Made by a program: the position numbers and the translations under genes. DNA of 64,000 nt, taken from NCBI GenBank assembly GCA_046045965.1, contig JBJOKS010000010.1:64001-128000 (forward strand), read 5' to 3'. The notes beneath the pieces are model-generated. The model was not told the origin of the DNA, did no database searches, and saw nothing but the letters and a program-made list of their open reading frames with translations. This DNA is from Cyanobacteriota bacterium. GTDB lineage: Bacteria > Cyanobacteriota > Cyanobacteriia > Cyanobacteriales > Nostocaceae. Shown piece after piece: positions 50,273-61,030 of this stretch (position 1 is its first letter; the number at the start of each line of letters is the position of its first letter).

Positions 50273-51919
50273 ATGAGTGAAACCTTATTTAGTATTGAAA
50301 ATCTCCGTGTAGCTTATCCCCAACGTAGCGGGGAAGAAGAAAACTGGGCAGTTGATGATGTATCTTTTGCACTGCAACCAGGTGAAAAAATGGGGTTGGT
50401 AGGTGAGTCCGGTTGTGGTAAATCCACTATTGGACGGGCAATAATGCGTTTGTTACCTGCCTCTAGTCGCGTTGAAGGCAAAGTAAATTTTCTAGGAGAG
50501 TCGGTATTAGATTTAACGCCTATGCAAATGCGGAAATTTCGCGGTGAAGTTGTAGCTTTGGTTTTTCAAGATCCAATGACGCGATTAGACCCATTAATGA
50601 CCATTGGTAATCATTGTTTAGAAACCCTAGCAGCGCATTCACCGGAATTATCGAAACAGCAAGCGAAGGAAAAAGCTTTAGCAACTTTAGCAAAGGTGAA
50701 AATTCCTGCAAGTCGTTGGAGTCAGTACCCCCATGAGTTTAGCGGTGGTATGCGTCAACGGGTGGCGATCGCTCTTGCTTTATTGCTGAATCCTAAATTA
50801 ATTGTCGCTGATGAACCCACAACTAGTTTAGATGTTACCGTTTCTGCCCAAATTTTACAAGAATTAACGCGATTGTGTGCAGAGGAAAATATGGGATTAT
50901 TATTGATTTCCCATGATTTAGCAATGGTAGCGGAATATTGCGATCGCATTGGCGTAATGTATCAAGGTAAAATGGTGGAAATGGGGAAAACGGAAACTGT
51001 ATTTAAACAACCTCAACACCAATACACCCAATCTTTACTAAAAGCAGCTTTACATATTCAACAAGAAGAGGGAACAGGGAACGGGGAACAGGAAACAGTA
51101 ATTAGAGAAAATCCAATTTTAAAAGTTACAGAACTCAAGCAACATTATACCATAGAACCGAATTTTATTGAACGTTTATTTAAAGGTGAAAGTCAAACAA
51201 TTAAAGCCGTAGATGGCATTAATTTAGAATTATATCCAGGGGAAATATTAGGATTAGTGGGAGAGTCTGGTTGTGGCAAAAGTACACTTTCTCGAACCAT
51301 TTTACAATTAATTCGTCCTACATCTGGGAAAGTTGAATTTTTAGGACAAGAATTAACTAATTTATCCCGTCAAGAAATCCGTTCTTGTCGGCGACAAATA
51401 CAAATGGTATTTCAAGATCCTCACGCTTGTTTAAATCCAGCCATGACCGTGGGACAAAGTATAGCTGATCCTTTATTAATTCACAATTTAGCTAATGCTG
51501 AAAAAGCCAAAGAACAGGTTTTATGGATGTTAGAAAAAGTAGGTTTAACACCAGCAGAACTTTATTATCAGCGTTATCCCTCAGATTTATCAGGAGGACA
51601 ACAACAACGGGTAGCAATAGCACGAGCTTTCATTACTCGACCTAAATTAGTAATATGTGATGAACCAGTGAGTATGTTAGATGCAAGTGTACAAACACAA
51701 GTTTTAGATTTAATGTTGCAATTAAAAGAGGAATTTGAATTAACATATTTATTCATTACCCATGATTTATGGTTAGCGAGATTTTTGTGCGATCGCATCG
51801 CCGTCATGAATGGTGGTAAAATCGTCGAAATAGGAAATACAAAAGAAATATTCGCTCATCCCCAACACCCGTACACACAAACCCTTCTAGCAGCTGCACC
51901 TTTACTAGCAAGAGTATAA
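50273..51919 (+). CDS. Fused double-domain peptide ABC transporter ATPase
   Basis: Two GESGCGKST Walker A motifs; FSGGM and LSGGQ signatures. Confidence 0.93.
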   Translation: MSETLFSIENLRVAYPQRSGEEENWAVDDVSFALQPGEKMGLVGESGCGKSTIGRAIMRLLPASSRVEGKVNFLGESVLDLTPMQMRKFRGEVVALVFQDPMTRLDPLMTIGNHCLETLAAHSPELSKQQAKEKALATLAKVKIPASRWSQYPHEFSGGMRQRVAIALALLLNPKLIVADEPTTSLDVTVSAQILQELTRLCAEENMGLLLISHDLAMVAEYCDRIGVMYQGKMVEMGKTETVFKQPQHQYTQSLLKAALHIQQEEGTGNGEQETVIRENPILKVTELKQHYTIEPNFIERLFKGESQTIKAVDGINLELYPGEILGLVGESGCGKSTLSRTILQLIRPTSGKVEFLGQELTNLSRQEIRSCRRQIQMVFQDPHACLNPAMTVGQSIADPLLIHNLANAEKAKEQVLWMLEKVGLTPAELYYQRYPSDLSGGQQQRVAIARAFITRPKLVICDEPVSMLDASVQTQVLDLMLQLKEEFELTYLFITHDLWLARFLCDRIAVMNGGKIVEIGNTKEIFAHPQHPYTQTLLAAAPLLARV

Positions 51920-51924
51920 TATTA

Positions 51925-52045
51925 TTAGTCATTAGTCATTAGTCATTAGTCATGGGTAAAATTCTCATCCATTACCCATTACCCATTACCCATTACCCAT
52001 TACCCATTACCCATTACCCATTACCCATTACCCATTACCCATTAC
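51925..52045. repeat. STRR tracts (TTAGTCA)n and (CCATTAC)x11
   Basis: Tandem heptamers; CCATTAC 51969-52045. Confidence 0.9.
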
Positions 52046-52056
52046 CACATTAAATA

Positions 52057-52776
52057 ATGTCTAAAAACCAGCCATCAAACCCTTACAAAAACAATATTTA
52101 TCCTGCCGACAAATGGCAAGAAAGAATAGCACAAGTAGCTTATCGCTTCAATAAAGAATATCAAAAAGAAGCCTTTGAAGTCCCAAACGAAGTCCAAGAA
52201 ATGCCAATATATCAAGAATGGAAAAATGGCATTTTAGCTTATAAAATTGCTTCTCCATTCTGGGAAATTGCCCAACCTCAAAAAAATCAACACTGTTTAG
52301 ACATTGGTTGTGGTGTTAGCTTTTTAATCTATCCTTGGCGAGATTGGCAAGCATTTTTTTACGGTCAAGAAATTAGTAATATTGCCAGAGATACCCTAAA
52401 TTCACGTGGTTCACAATTAAACTCAAAACTCTTTAAAGGTGTAGAATTAGGAGCAGCACATCATTTAAACTATGCTTCAGAACAGTTTGATTTAGTTATA
52501 GCTACAGGATTTAGTTGTTATTTTCCTTTAGAATATTGGCAATCTGTTTTATCAGAAGTTAAAAGAGTATTAAAACCAGGTGGACATTTTGTATTTGATA
52601 TTCTTAATTCAGAACAACCATTAGCGGAAGATTGGGCAGTTTTAGAAACTTATTTAGGTGCAGAAGTGTTTCTAGAAACAGTATCTGATTGGGAAAAAAC
52701 AATTAAAGATACAGGTGCTAAAGTAGTAAAACGGCAATCAGGAGAATTATTTGAATTATACAAAGTTCGGTTTTGA
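52057..52776 (+). CDS. Class I SAM-dependent methyltransferase
   Basis: LDIGCG, FDLV, RVLKPGG. Confidence 0.9.
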   Translation: MSKNQPSNPYKNNIYPADKWQERIAQVAYRFNKEYQKEAFEVPNEVQEMPIYQEWKNGILAYKIASPFWEIAQPQKNQHCLDIGCGVSFLIYPWRDWQAFFYGQEISNIARDTLNSRGSQLNSKLFKGVELGAAHHLNYASEQFDLVIATGFSCYFPLEYWQSVLSEVKRVLKPGGHFVFDILNSEQPLAEDWAVLETYLGAEVFLETVSDWEKTIKDTGAKVVKRQSGELFELYKVRF

Positions 52777-52798
52777 TGAAATATTCAATAGATAGATA

Positions 52799-53392
52799 TT
52801 ATTGCAATAAATCCACCTCCTGCCAAACAGAAGAACCTTCAGCACACATAAGTTTATCACCTTGTAAAAAAGGTTCTTCTAATTTCACAGATCCCATTTT
52901 ATTAGCTTGACAAGCTATATTTTGAAACTTGCCATCAGGGGTAGAAAAAATAGCTAATATATAACTTTTATAAGGTATCTTCTTCATTGGTGGCGGATAA
53001 CAAGGATTAAACAAACCAATCGTTATTGCATACAAAAATTCTAAAATACTAGGTTTTCTCCTGATGAAATACAATTCAGAAACCCCCTCTTTCAAAATAC
53101 CATGTAGAAACACTGAATTTTGTGTTGTATGCAGAGAATAATTGTAAACTTTCGATTCCTTGATGTTATGAATAAAAGCTAATTCTGCCAATGATGCAGT
53201 AAATTTTTCAGTCTCTATATATTTTGCCCTCTCTTCTGGAATAAATCGCTGATTGATCATCCTAATTTTTAATCCAGATTTACTGACAAGAGCAAGAGTA
53301 CAAGCTAGTGATGGCTGAATTGATAGAGTTATGGTTAGTAGTGATAAAATACTGCTAGTGACCAAAAAATGAGTAAGTAATTTGATTTTCAT
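52799..53392 (-). CDS. Secreted protein with pilin G/H-like C-terminal region
   Basis: Signal peptide; YNYS..KSYI..IACQAN..CAEGS. Confidence 0.55.
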   Translation of the reverse strand: MKIKLLTHFLVTSSILSLLTITLSIQPSLACTLALVSKSGLKIRMINQRFIPEERAKYIETEKFTASLAELAFIHNIKESKVYNYSLHTTQNSVFLHGILKEGVSELYFIRRKPSILEFLYAITIGLFNPCYPPPMKKIPYKSYILAIFSTPDGKFQNIACQANKMGSVKLEEPFLQGDKLMCAEGSSVWQEVDLLQ

Positions 53393-53399
53393 AGTTGCT

Positions 53400-53510
53400 A
53401 TAGCAATCCTAAATAAGATATGAACACCTCTTTTTCTCTACCTCTGCGCTCTCTGCGTCTGGAGCGGTTCGTTTTAAAAACGCCGTTCATAAATCAAATA
53501 GAATTGCTAT
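53400..53510. repeat. Palindromic element (ATAGCAAT..ATTGCTAT) carrying CTCTGCG repeats
   Basis: Terminal inverted match; interior related to the reverse complement of 42940-42971. Confidence 0.55.
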
Positions 53511-53635
53511 ATATAGGTAAACTGTCTGATGATGAATCAATAAATCTTGATTAAAAATGCTCATAAATTTTGCGGTGACAGTGTATGATTTGTGAAGATT
53601 GTACCGATAATTTTAATTTTGCCCAAAAAACCGCA

Positions 53636-54133
53636 ATGATCATCCGCCATGCTAAAGAAGCAGACTTACCCACAATTGTAGAAATTTATAACGCTGCCAT
53701 ACCTACCCGCATGGCCACAGCCGATTTAGAACCTGTGTCAGTGGAAAGTCGCATGGCTTGGTTTCAGGGACGAGTACCCTCACAACGTCCCCTCTGGGTA
53801 GTAGAAATAGATAGTATAATTGCCGGATGGTTGAGTTTTCAATCCTTTTATGGTAGACCTGCTTACCATTCCACCGCCGAAATTAGTATTTACATTTCCC
53901 CAAACTTTCAAAAATGTGGTTTGGGAAAACAACTTTTAGAAAAAGCAATTAGTGAAAGTCCGAGTTTAGGTTTAAAAACTTTAGTCAGCTTTATTTTTGC
54001 CCATAATCAGCCCAGTTTAAAACTCTTTGAAAAATTTGGTTTTCAAAATTGGGGATATTTGCCCAAAATCGCCGATTTAGCTGGTGTCGAACGAGATTTA
54101 ATTATTATGGGTTTGCGTGTTGGTGAAAAGTAA
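53636..54133 (+). CDS. GNAT N-acetyltransferase (phosphinothricin acetyltransferase-like)
   Basis: IVEIYN, GRPAY, GLGKQLL, NQPSLKLFEKFGF. Confidence 0.9.
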   Translation: MIIRHAKEADLPTIVEIYNAAIPTRMATADLEPVSVESRMAWFQGRVPSQRPLWVVEIDSIIAGWLSFQSFYGRPAYHSTAEISIYISPNFQKCGLGKQLLEKAISESPSLGLKTLVSFIFAHNQPSLKLFEKFGFQNWGYLPKIADLAGVERDLIIMGLRVGEK

Positions 54134-54286
54134 AATAGGTTACTGGTGATTGGTGATTGGTGATTGGTGATTGGTGATTGGTGATTGGGGACAGGAGGAG
54201 AATATTAATTTTTGCCTATTCCCTATTCCCTGTTCCCTGTTCCCTGTTCCCTATTCCCTGTTCCCTGTTCCCTGTTCCCTAAATAA

Positions 54287-54718
54287 TTAACGAGATGTGA
54301 AACTTTCAAAACGATATTCAGTACCAACCTTTAGCTTATTAGCATTGTGCTGAGGAGACATCAGCAGCGAAGAGTTGTAAGGATTCGGCAAATCAGGGGT
54401 GCGAAGATATGGATCATTCTGTGCTTGTTGGAAGAGAACATCGTGATAAAGAGTGTTAACCAACTCACCATCTTTAGCAATTTCATTATCAGGGAAAGTT
54501 GTACCAAACGTAGCCCCAGGACCAAAGAAAGCATCTATCTGACGCTTTAAACTGCTATTTTCGTAATAAGTACGATCATAGCGAAAATAAGCTCTATCGA
54601 AAACATTGTTGGTTGATTCGTAACCTGCTGTTTCCGTCTGAGCAACTGCAACAACAGGAAAGGTAGTAGTAGCAAGTAGCACTATTAAACCACCCAAGCC
54701 TTGCAAATTTATACTCAT
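54287..54718 (-). CDS. Secreted hypothetical protein
   Basis: Signal peptide AVA; LRTPDLPNPYNSSL. Confidence 0.75.
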   Translation of the reverse strand: MSINLQGLGGLIVLLATTTFPVVAVAQTETAGYESTNNVFDRAYFRYDRTYYENSSLKRQIDAFFGPGATFGTTFPDNEIAKDGELVNTLYHDVLFQQAQNDPYLRTPDLPNPYNSSLLMSPQHNANKLKVGTEYRFESFTSR

Positions 54719-54819
54719 GTTTACAACTCCTCAATTTTTTTGCGGATCTTAATTTATGCTTAATTTGAGAACTATCATCAGTTCAACCTTTGGTGTAGCA
54801 CAATTTTTAACGGTTTGTA

Positions 54820-55434
54820 ATGTCGTATTCTACTGAAACATCTAACCAATCACATATTTGGGCAACTACTACTGATTTAACCACCCTGCGTCAGAAGTTA
54901 CTAGATTTATTTTGCCAACTTGCTTATCAAGAAGGTGATTTTGTTCTCTCCTCTGGACAACGTAGTTCTTACTATATTAATGGTAAACAGGTAACACTCA
55001 ACCCCCAAGGAGCTTTGGCTATAGCTAGGCTGATATTACATATTTTACCAGTAGATACACAGGCAGTCGCCGGTTTAACCCTGGGCGCTGATCCCATTGT
55101 TTCTGCCGTCAGTGTAGTTTCTGTCTATGAAAATCGACCCATACCCGCGTTGATTATTCGCAAAGAAGCTAAAGGTCATGGCACAATGGCTTATATTGAA
55201 GGTCCAACCTTACCCGCAGGTGCAAAAGTCGTGGTACTTGAAGATGTGGTGACAACGGGGCAATCTGCACTGAAAGCTGTTGAGCGTTTGCAAGCAGCAG
55301 GTTATACCGTTGATAGAGTAATTTCTCTGATAGACAGACTTCAAGGAGGAGCAGAATTATATCAATCTGCTGGTTTGCAGTTTGATACGCTCTTTTCCAT
55401 TCGGGATTTACAAGAACGCTATCAGCAAATATAG
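54820..55434 (+). CDS. pyrE: Orotate phosphoribosyltransferase
   Basis: FVLSSGQRSSYY, RKEAKGHG, VLEDVVTTG. Confidence 0.96.
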   Translation: MSYSTETSNQSHIWATTTDLTTLRQKLLDLFCQLAYQEGDFVLSSGQRSSYYINGKQVTLNPQGALAIARLILHILPVDTQAVAGLTLGADPIVSAVSVVSVYENRPIPALIIRKEAKGHGTMAYIEGPTLPAGAKVVVLEDVVTTGQSALKAVERLQAAGYTVDRVISLIDRLQGGAELYQSAGLQFDTLFSIRDLQERYQQI

Positions 55435-55508
55435 GGGACTGGGGACTGGGGACTGGGGACTGGGGAGACAAATTAAAAATCAAAAGTCAAAATTAACAAG
55501 GTTAAATT

Positions 55509-56225
55509 ATGTCTCAAAATACTATTAACTACACAATTCATAAAGCCAATTCACGGGGTCGTAGTCAAATTGACTGGCTTGATAGTTATCATACGTTTTC
55601 CTTCAGTCATTTTTATGATCCCAACCGCATGGGATTTCGTTCTCTCAGAGTAATTAATGATGATCGTATTGCTCCTGGTGCTGGTTTCCCTACCCACGGA
55701 CATGGAGATATGGAAATTCTCACCTATGTTTTATCAGGTGCAGTAGAACATAAAGATAGTTTGGGAACTGGTTCGGTAATTCGTCCAGGTGAAGCACAAA
55801 TTATGAGTGCTGGAACAGGAATCATGCACAGCGAATTTAATCACTCGCAAACTGAAGAATTACACTTACTGCAAATATGGATGTTACCAGATAAGCAAGG
55901 ATTAAAGCCAAGATATGAACAGAAAACTTTTCCTGTGTCAGAAAAAAAGGGAAAACTACGCTTAATTGCGGCTAAAGATGGACGTGATGGTGCTGTAACT
56001 ATTCATCAAGATATTGATTTATACACCTCTATTTTAGAAAAGGGTGATGTTGTCAATTATCATGTCCCGCATCATCGTTATGCGTGGTTACAAATAGCCA
56101 AAGGTGAAGCAACTTTAAACGGTCAAGAGCTCAGAGCAGGTGATGGAGTGCAAATTACTGGAGAAGAGAAACTAGAAATTAGTACAAACCTCAGCGCAGA
56201 AATCTTGCTTTTCGACTTGGCTTAA
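55509..56225 (+). CDS. Pirin family protein
   Basis: GFPTHGH, MSAGTGIMHSE, LLQIW. Confidence 0.93.
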   Translation: MSQNTINYTIHKANSRGRSQIDWLDSYHTFSFSHFYDPNRMGFRSLRVINDDRIAPGAGFPTHGHGDMEILTYVLSGAVEHKDSLGTGSVIRPGEAQIMSAGTGIMHSEFNHSQTEELHLLQIWMLPDKQGLKPRYEQKTFPVSEKKGKLRLIAAKDGRDGAVTIHQDIDLYTSILEKGDVVNYHVPHHRYAWLQIAKGEATLNGQELRAGDGVQITGEEKLEISTNLSAEILLFDLA

Positions 56226-56315
56226 TCAGAAACTTAGGTGCTTTGACTACATCTTTAAAACTCTGCTTTGAGAATTCTTAAGAATACCCGCAGCTTTAGG
56301 TAGGTGAGAAGTTAA

Positions 56316-56358
56316 CCCAGTACCGAAGATTGATGAACGGACTGGGGCTTTTTTTTTC
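56316..56358 (+). terminator. Likely intrinsic terminator between convergent genes
   Basis: CCCAGT(A)CCG...CGGACTGGG stem followed by a T10 run. Confidence 0.55.
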
Positions 56359-56363
56359 TCACA

Positions 56364-56807
56364 TTAATGTTGATTTTCTAAACAATATTTGACAATCAAA
56401 AGACAATTTCTATTATCAGAATCACGTTCATAAACAACATGATCTGCCACGCGCCGAATCAGAAACCATCCATACCCATGATCTTGTAGAGTACCTGGCT
56501 TTGGTTCAGGTATCTGATCAGGATTAAAAGGTTTACCATAGTCCCAAATTCTGATCTCCAGCCTGTCTACCCATAAACTCAATTCAATTTCTATATTTGT
56601 GTCTGGTGGTAAAGCTCGATGAGCATGACGAACTGCGTTAGTAAAACCTTCTGCTAATGCTAAATTGAGGCGATAGAGTTGACTTTCTGACCAGCCTCCT
56701 TGAGCTAAATATTGCAGAGAGAATTTTTCAAACCATTGTTGTACCTGGTTTTGGAGCTTAAGATCGCTCTTCACCGTCAGATGGTCTTGCTGCACTGTAG
56801 TAAGCAT
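56364..56807 (-). CDS. RsbW-like anti-sigma factor / ATP-binding protein
   Basis: LAEGFTNAVRHA, IWDYG, GYGWFLI. Confidence 0.88.
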   Translation of the reverse strand: MLTTVQQDHLTVKSDLKLQNQVQQWFEKFSLQYLAQGGWSESQLYRLNLALAEGFTNAVRHAHRALPPDTNIEIELSLWVDRLEIRIWDYGKPFNPDQIPEPKPGTLQDHGYGWFLIRRVADHVVYERDSDNRNCLLIVKYCLENQH

Positions 56808-57093
56808 TGACCGTGACTTGAATATTAAGTAAGTAAAAAATGTGACTTTTTTTGGTGTTTTTAGATTTTGGAATAGTTTTTATTTTACATCCAAAACTTA
56901 AAATTATAAAAAAAATCCAGATTATGAAAATTGACACCTGTTGTTTTTCAAAAGCATATTACCCAGAAGTATAAGCAGCTATTAGCCTGTATAATCCTTG
57001 CGGTCAGTCCAGAGACTCATAACTTCAGTATATGCTCTTGAAACTCACAGGTGTCACAACACTTTGTGGAAAGTAAAACTAGTAGAAACTAAT

Positions 57094-57576
57094 TTAGAAA
57101 AGTCCCAAAGTCAGAGATTTGTCTAAGGGTAATGCAGCACCAATACCTAACCAGATGGTGACTAAGGTACCAAACAAAAATACTGTTGTCGCCACTGGAC
57201 GGCGGAAAGGGTTTTGAAACTTATTAATGTTCTCAATGAAGGGAACAAGAATTAGTCCCAAAGGTACGGAAGCCATTGCTAATACTCCTAACAGTTTGTT
57301 AGGAAGTGAGCGGAGAATTTGGAAAACGGGAAATAGATACCACTCTGGCAAAATTTCCAAAGGTGTTGCAAAAGGATTAGCTGGTTCACCAGTCATTGCG
57401 GGATCGAGTACAGCTAGAGCCACAATACAAGCAAACGAACCCATAATTACAATGGGAAACACATACAGCAAATCATTAGGCCAAGCTGGTTCACCATAGT
57501 AGTTGTGACCCATGCCTTTGGCGAGTTTAGCTCTTAAGATAGGATCGCTCAGATCCGGTTTTTTTTGCGTGGACAT
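57094..57576 (-). CDS. petD: Cytochrome b6-f subunit IV
   Basis: [17 protein letters not shown]. Confidence 0.98.
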   Translation of the reverse strand: MSTQKKPDLSDPILRAKLAKGMGHNYYGEPAWPNDLLYVFPIVIMGSFACIVALAVLDPAMTGEPANPFATPLEILPEWYLFPVFQILRSLPNKLLGVLAMASVPLGLILVPFIENINKFQNPFRRPVATTVFLFGTLVTIWLGIGAALPLDKSLTLGLF

Positions 57577-57832
57577 TTTTAGATGTGTTCTCCTGCTTAA
57601 GTTTAGTTAAAGCATTCGTGAAAGCTATCAGCTATTTCTTGTAAGCCACAAATTTAGTATGACACTGGATTCAGCTTTGCTAGTTGAATTGTTCATAGCT
57701 TTTACAGCTTACAAATTCAGAGAATAGTGCTTGTTTTTAACTTATACGCTATTTGCCATAAGTTTAAAACAAACAACTTACATCTGGAAACTGTTTTTAC
57801 CTATTCACTGAATCGCTACTGATAACTTTCGA

Positions 57833-58480
57833 TTACAAGGGTCCAGAAATACCTTGTTTGCGGATCATCAAGAAGTGGAAGAGCATGAATACCGCAATTA
57901 ACCAAGGTAGTACGAAGGTGTGGGCGCTGTAGTAGCGAGTTAGTGTAGCTTGACCAACACTAGAACCACCGCGTAGTAAGTCAGAAATAAGAACACCAAC
58001 TACGGGAATTGCTTCTGGTACACCACTAACGATTTTCACAGCCCAGTAACCAACTTGGTCCCAGGGTAGGGAGTAGCCAGTAACACCAAAGGAAACTGTG
58101 ATTACAGCGAGGATAACACCACTTACCCAGGTCAATTCGCGGGGCTTTTTGAAACCACCGGTGAGATAAACCCGGAAGACGTGCAGAATCATCATTAACA
58201 CCATCATGCTGGCAGACCAACGGTGAATGGAGCGAATTAGCCAACCGAAGTTGACTTCATTCATGATGTACTGTACCGAAGAATAAGCTTCAGCAACTGT
58301 AGGCTTGTAGTAGAATGTCATCGCAAATCCCGTTGCAAACTGGATCAGGAAGCAAACTAGGGTAATTCCACCCAAGCAGTAAAAGATATTGACGTGGGGA
58401 GGGACGTACTTACTGGTTACATCTTCGGCGATCGCTTCAAGTTCTAAGCGTTCCTCAAACCAGTCATAAACGTTGGCCAT
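57833..58480 (-). CDS. petB: Cytochrome b6
   Basis: [23 protein letters not shown]. Confidence 0.98.
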   Translation of the reverse strand: MANVYDWFEERLELEAIAEDVTSKYVPPHVNIFYCLGGITLVCFLIQFATGFAMTFYYKPTVAEAYSSVQYIMNEVNFGWLIRSIHRWSASMMVLMMILHVFRVYLTGGFKKPRELTWVSGVILAVITVSFGVTGYSLPWDQVGYWAVKIVSGVPEAIPVVGVLISDLLRGGSSVGQATLTRYYSAHTFVLPWLIAVFMLFHFLMIRKQGISGPL

Positions 58481-58830
58481 ACAATCTCAAGTTCCTAAAA
58501 ATTGTTTGCGGTTGATAAATCTCCCAATACACATTTTGGGATTTTCACAAAGAGTAGCTTTGTTGCAGAATTGTTAAGATCTTTAGAAACTTAACACTCT
58601 GTAAATATCGAATATATTGCGATCTCTTTGCAAGCCAACGCTGAAAATGTTGGTTCCAAAGTAGATTTTATCGTTTTTGGGGAGGGATATGCACAGCAGT
58701 CGTTGATTAACAAATTGATGAGAGCAATGCACCTCTTCTATAAAAAAAGTAACATAATCGAGAGATATATTTCATCAAAAACGTCGCAACTGGACATTGA
58801 TAGGTAATTTGGGTGAAGATACAAGGGAAG

Positions 58831-60072
58831 ATGGGCTTCATGAACAAACAGGTTTTTCGGTTCGGATTTTCGTTACTTTTGGCTTGTGGCTTGGTTTTTG
58901 GCTCCCTCATCCCACCAGCAACTGCTTTAACTCAACAGCAAAAGCTAGTTGCTGAGGTTTGGCGCATTGTTAATCGCTCTTATCTGGATGAAACATTTAA
59001 TCATCAAAACTGGGCAGATGTGCGACAAAAAACACTAAAAAATCCTCTGGGAAATGACCAAGCAGCATACAAAGCAATTCAGAGTATGCTCAAAAGCCTT
59101 GATGACCCTTTTACCCGGTTTCTAGACCCAGAGCAGTACCGCAGTTTGCAGGTTAATACTTCTGGCGAATTGACAGGTGTGGGTTTACAAATTGCCCTCA
59201 ATTCCCAAACGGGGATATTAGAGGTGATTACACCTATAGAAGGGTCGCCAGCCGAAAAAGCAGGGCTAAAACCTCGCGATCGCATCCTGAAAATTGAAGG
59301 TTTATCAGCAGAAAACCTCACTCTGGATGAGGCTGCGGCGCGAATGCGTGGACCTATAGGTACTGTTGTTACTCTCTTAATTGGCAGAGATGGAGAAACC
59401 GACAAAGAAATTATCTTAGTGCGCGATCGCATTGAACTTAATCCTGTAGTAGCTGACTTGCGTTTATCCCCCCAAGGAAAACCCATTGGCTATCTACGCC
59501 TCACTCAATTTAACGCTAATGCCGCAATGGAGTTAGCACACGCTATTAATACTCTAGAAGAAAAAGGCGCATCTGCCTATATTCTCGATTTGCGAAATAA
59601 TCCAGGAGGGTTATTACAAGCAGGAATTGAAGTGGCTCGTCAATGGTTAGATTCTGGCACAATCGTCTACACTGTCAATCGTCAAGGCATTCAAGGCAAT
59701 TTTGAAGCCTCTGGTGCCTCCATCACACAAGATCCTTTGGTGATTTTGGTCAATCAAGGAACTGCTAGTGCGAGTGAAATTCTGGCTGGTGCGCTGCAAG
59801 ATAATGGACGCGCCCAGTTAGTAGGTGAAACTACCTTTGGTAAAGGACTAATTCAATCTCTATTTGAATTATCCGATGGTTCCGGTTTAGCAGTGACCAT
59901 TGCTAAATATGAAACTCCCAACCACCGAGATATTCACAAACTAGGTATTAAGCCAGACATAGTAATTACCCAAGAACCAATCACACGCGATCAAATTGGC
60001 ACAGCAACCGATGGTCAATATCAAGCCGCTGTGGAATTGTTGAGCAAAAATTCTGTAGTAGCGGGTTCGTAA
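58831..60072 (+). CDS. ctpA: Carboxyl-terminal processing protease
   Basis: PDZ domain, DLRNNPGG, TASASE, GKG; divergent from petB. Confidence 0.92.
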   Translation: MGFMNKQVFRFGFSLLLACGLVFGSLIPPATALTQQQKLVAEVWRIVNRSYLDETFNHQNWADVRQKTLKNPLGNDQAAYKAIQSMLKSLDDPFTRFLDPEQYRSLQVNTSGELTGVGLQIALNSQTGILEVITPIEGSPAEKAGLKPRDRILKIEGLSAENLTLDEAAARMRGPIGTVVTLLIGRDGETDKEIILVRDRIELNPVVADLRLSPQGKPIGYLRLTQFNANAAMELAHAINTLEEKGASAYILDLRNNPGGLLQAGIEVARQWLDSGTIVYTVNRQGIQGNFEASGASITQDPLVILVNQGTASASEILAGALQDNGRAQLVGETTFGKGLIQSLFELSDGSGLAVTIAKYETPNHRDIHKLGIKPDIVITQEPITRDQIGTATDGQYQAAVELLSKNSVVAGS

Positions 60073-60113
60073 GGAGGCAGGGGACGCAGGGGACGCAGGG
60101 GAGCAGGGAGAAG

Positions 60114-60890
60114 TTATTTGTATTTTTCCCAATCACTAGTCCCCAGTCCCCAGTCCCCAGTCCCCAATGCTTTGTCAATGATGCGTTTGCCTCGGAGGAA
60201 GCCGATATTAGCGCCGGGGCAAATGTATTGTAGGGTTTCTGGTGAAAAGCGATCGCGCAATACCTGAACACTTTTAAGTTGTCTAGGCCAGTGAAAAGTT
60301 TTCGGTGTGCGTAATGGCACAGGTTCACCTTGCAGGTTGGGGACTAAATGCCGTCCCGAAAATAATACTCCCCCAAATTCACGATAGTATAGACATGAAG
60401 AGCCAGGAGAATGGCCTGGTGTCCAGATAATTTGTGTGGTGTCATCAAGAGTCAATTCTTGACCAAAGGTAGTGACAGTTAAACCAGGTAACAAATAAGC
60501 TTCTTGCTCTTGAATGATAATCTCACAATCAAGGGCTTGTTGGATTTCTGCGGCTTTGCCAATAGCACCGCGATGAGTAATAAAAAACCAACGCACACCA
60601 CCGTGTGTAAGGTTATTCTCACCCAATGATTGCCCCAAATCTTGATTTATTTGTTCCAAAGCTGGGCAATCAATGAGAATATTACCTTCATTTCTTACAA
60701 TAAGATAAGAAGTCCCTCCTAATGTATCCCGATTTGGTGGAAAGGCAATAATTTTATTGATTCCCAAGCTGGTAGATACTAATCCTGTTGCTGTCGAAGT
60801 GGAAAGGATCTCTCCTACTGGCATATCTCCAGAAAGTATAGTTTGTGGCGGCTTAATTGTATGACTTGGTTGTTGAGATAAGGGAAACAT
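60114..60890 (-). CDS. MBL-fold metallo-hydrolase-like protein
   Basis: AFPPNRDTLGGTSY, THR, TPGHSPGS. Confidence 0.85.
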   Translation of the reverse strand: MFPLSQQPSHTIKPPQTILSGDMPVGEILSTSTATGLVSTSLGINKIIAFPPNRDTLGGTSYLIVRNEGNILIDCPALEQINQDLGQSLGENNLTHGGVRWFFITHRGAIGKAAEIQQALDCEIIIQEQEAYLLPGLTVTTFGQELTLDDTTQIIWTPGHSPGSSCLYYREFGGVLFSGRHLVPNLQGEPVPLRTPKTFHWPRQLKSVQVLRDRFSPETLQYICPGANIGFLRGKRIIDKALGTGDWGLGTSDWEKYK

Positions 60891-61030
60891 AAATTAAATA
60901 ACCGATAAATAAACGAATAAATAGAGTTTTTACTTAAGTCCTATATTTAATAATCTACTGATTTATCAAACATTCTGACTCCTGACTCCTGACTCCTGAA
61001 CTCGTGAACTCCTTAAACTCCTGAAATAAC

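Noticed and set aside
56281..56315. AGAATACCCGCAGCTTTAGGTAGGTGAGAAGTTAA, reminiscent of an IS200/IS605 end
   Set aside because: Too degenerate, with no tnpA/tnpB or partner end visible; at most a remnant
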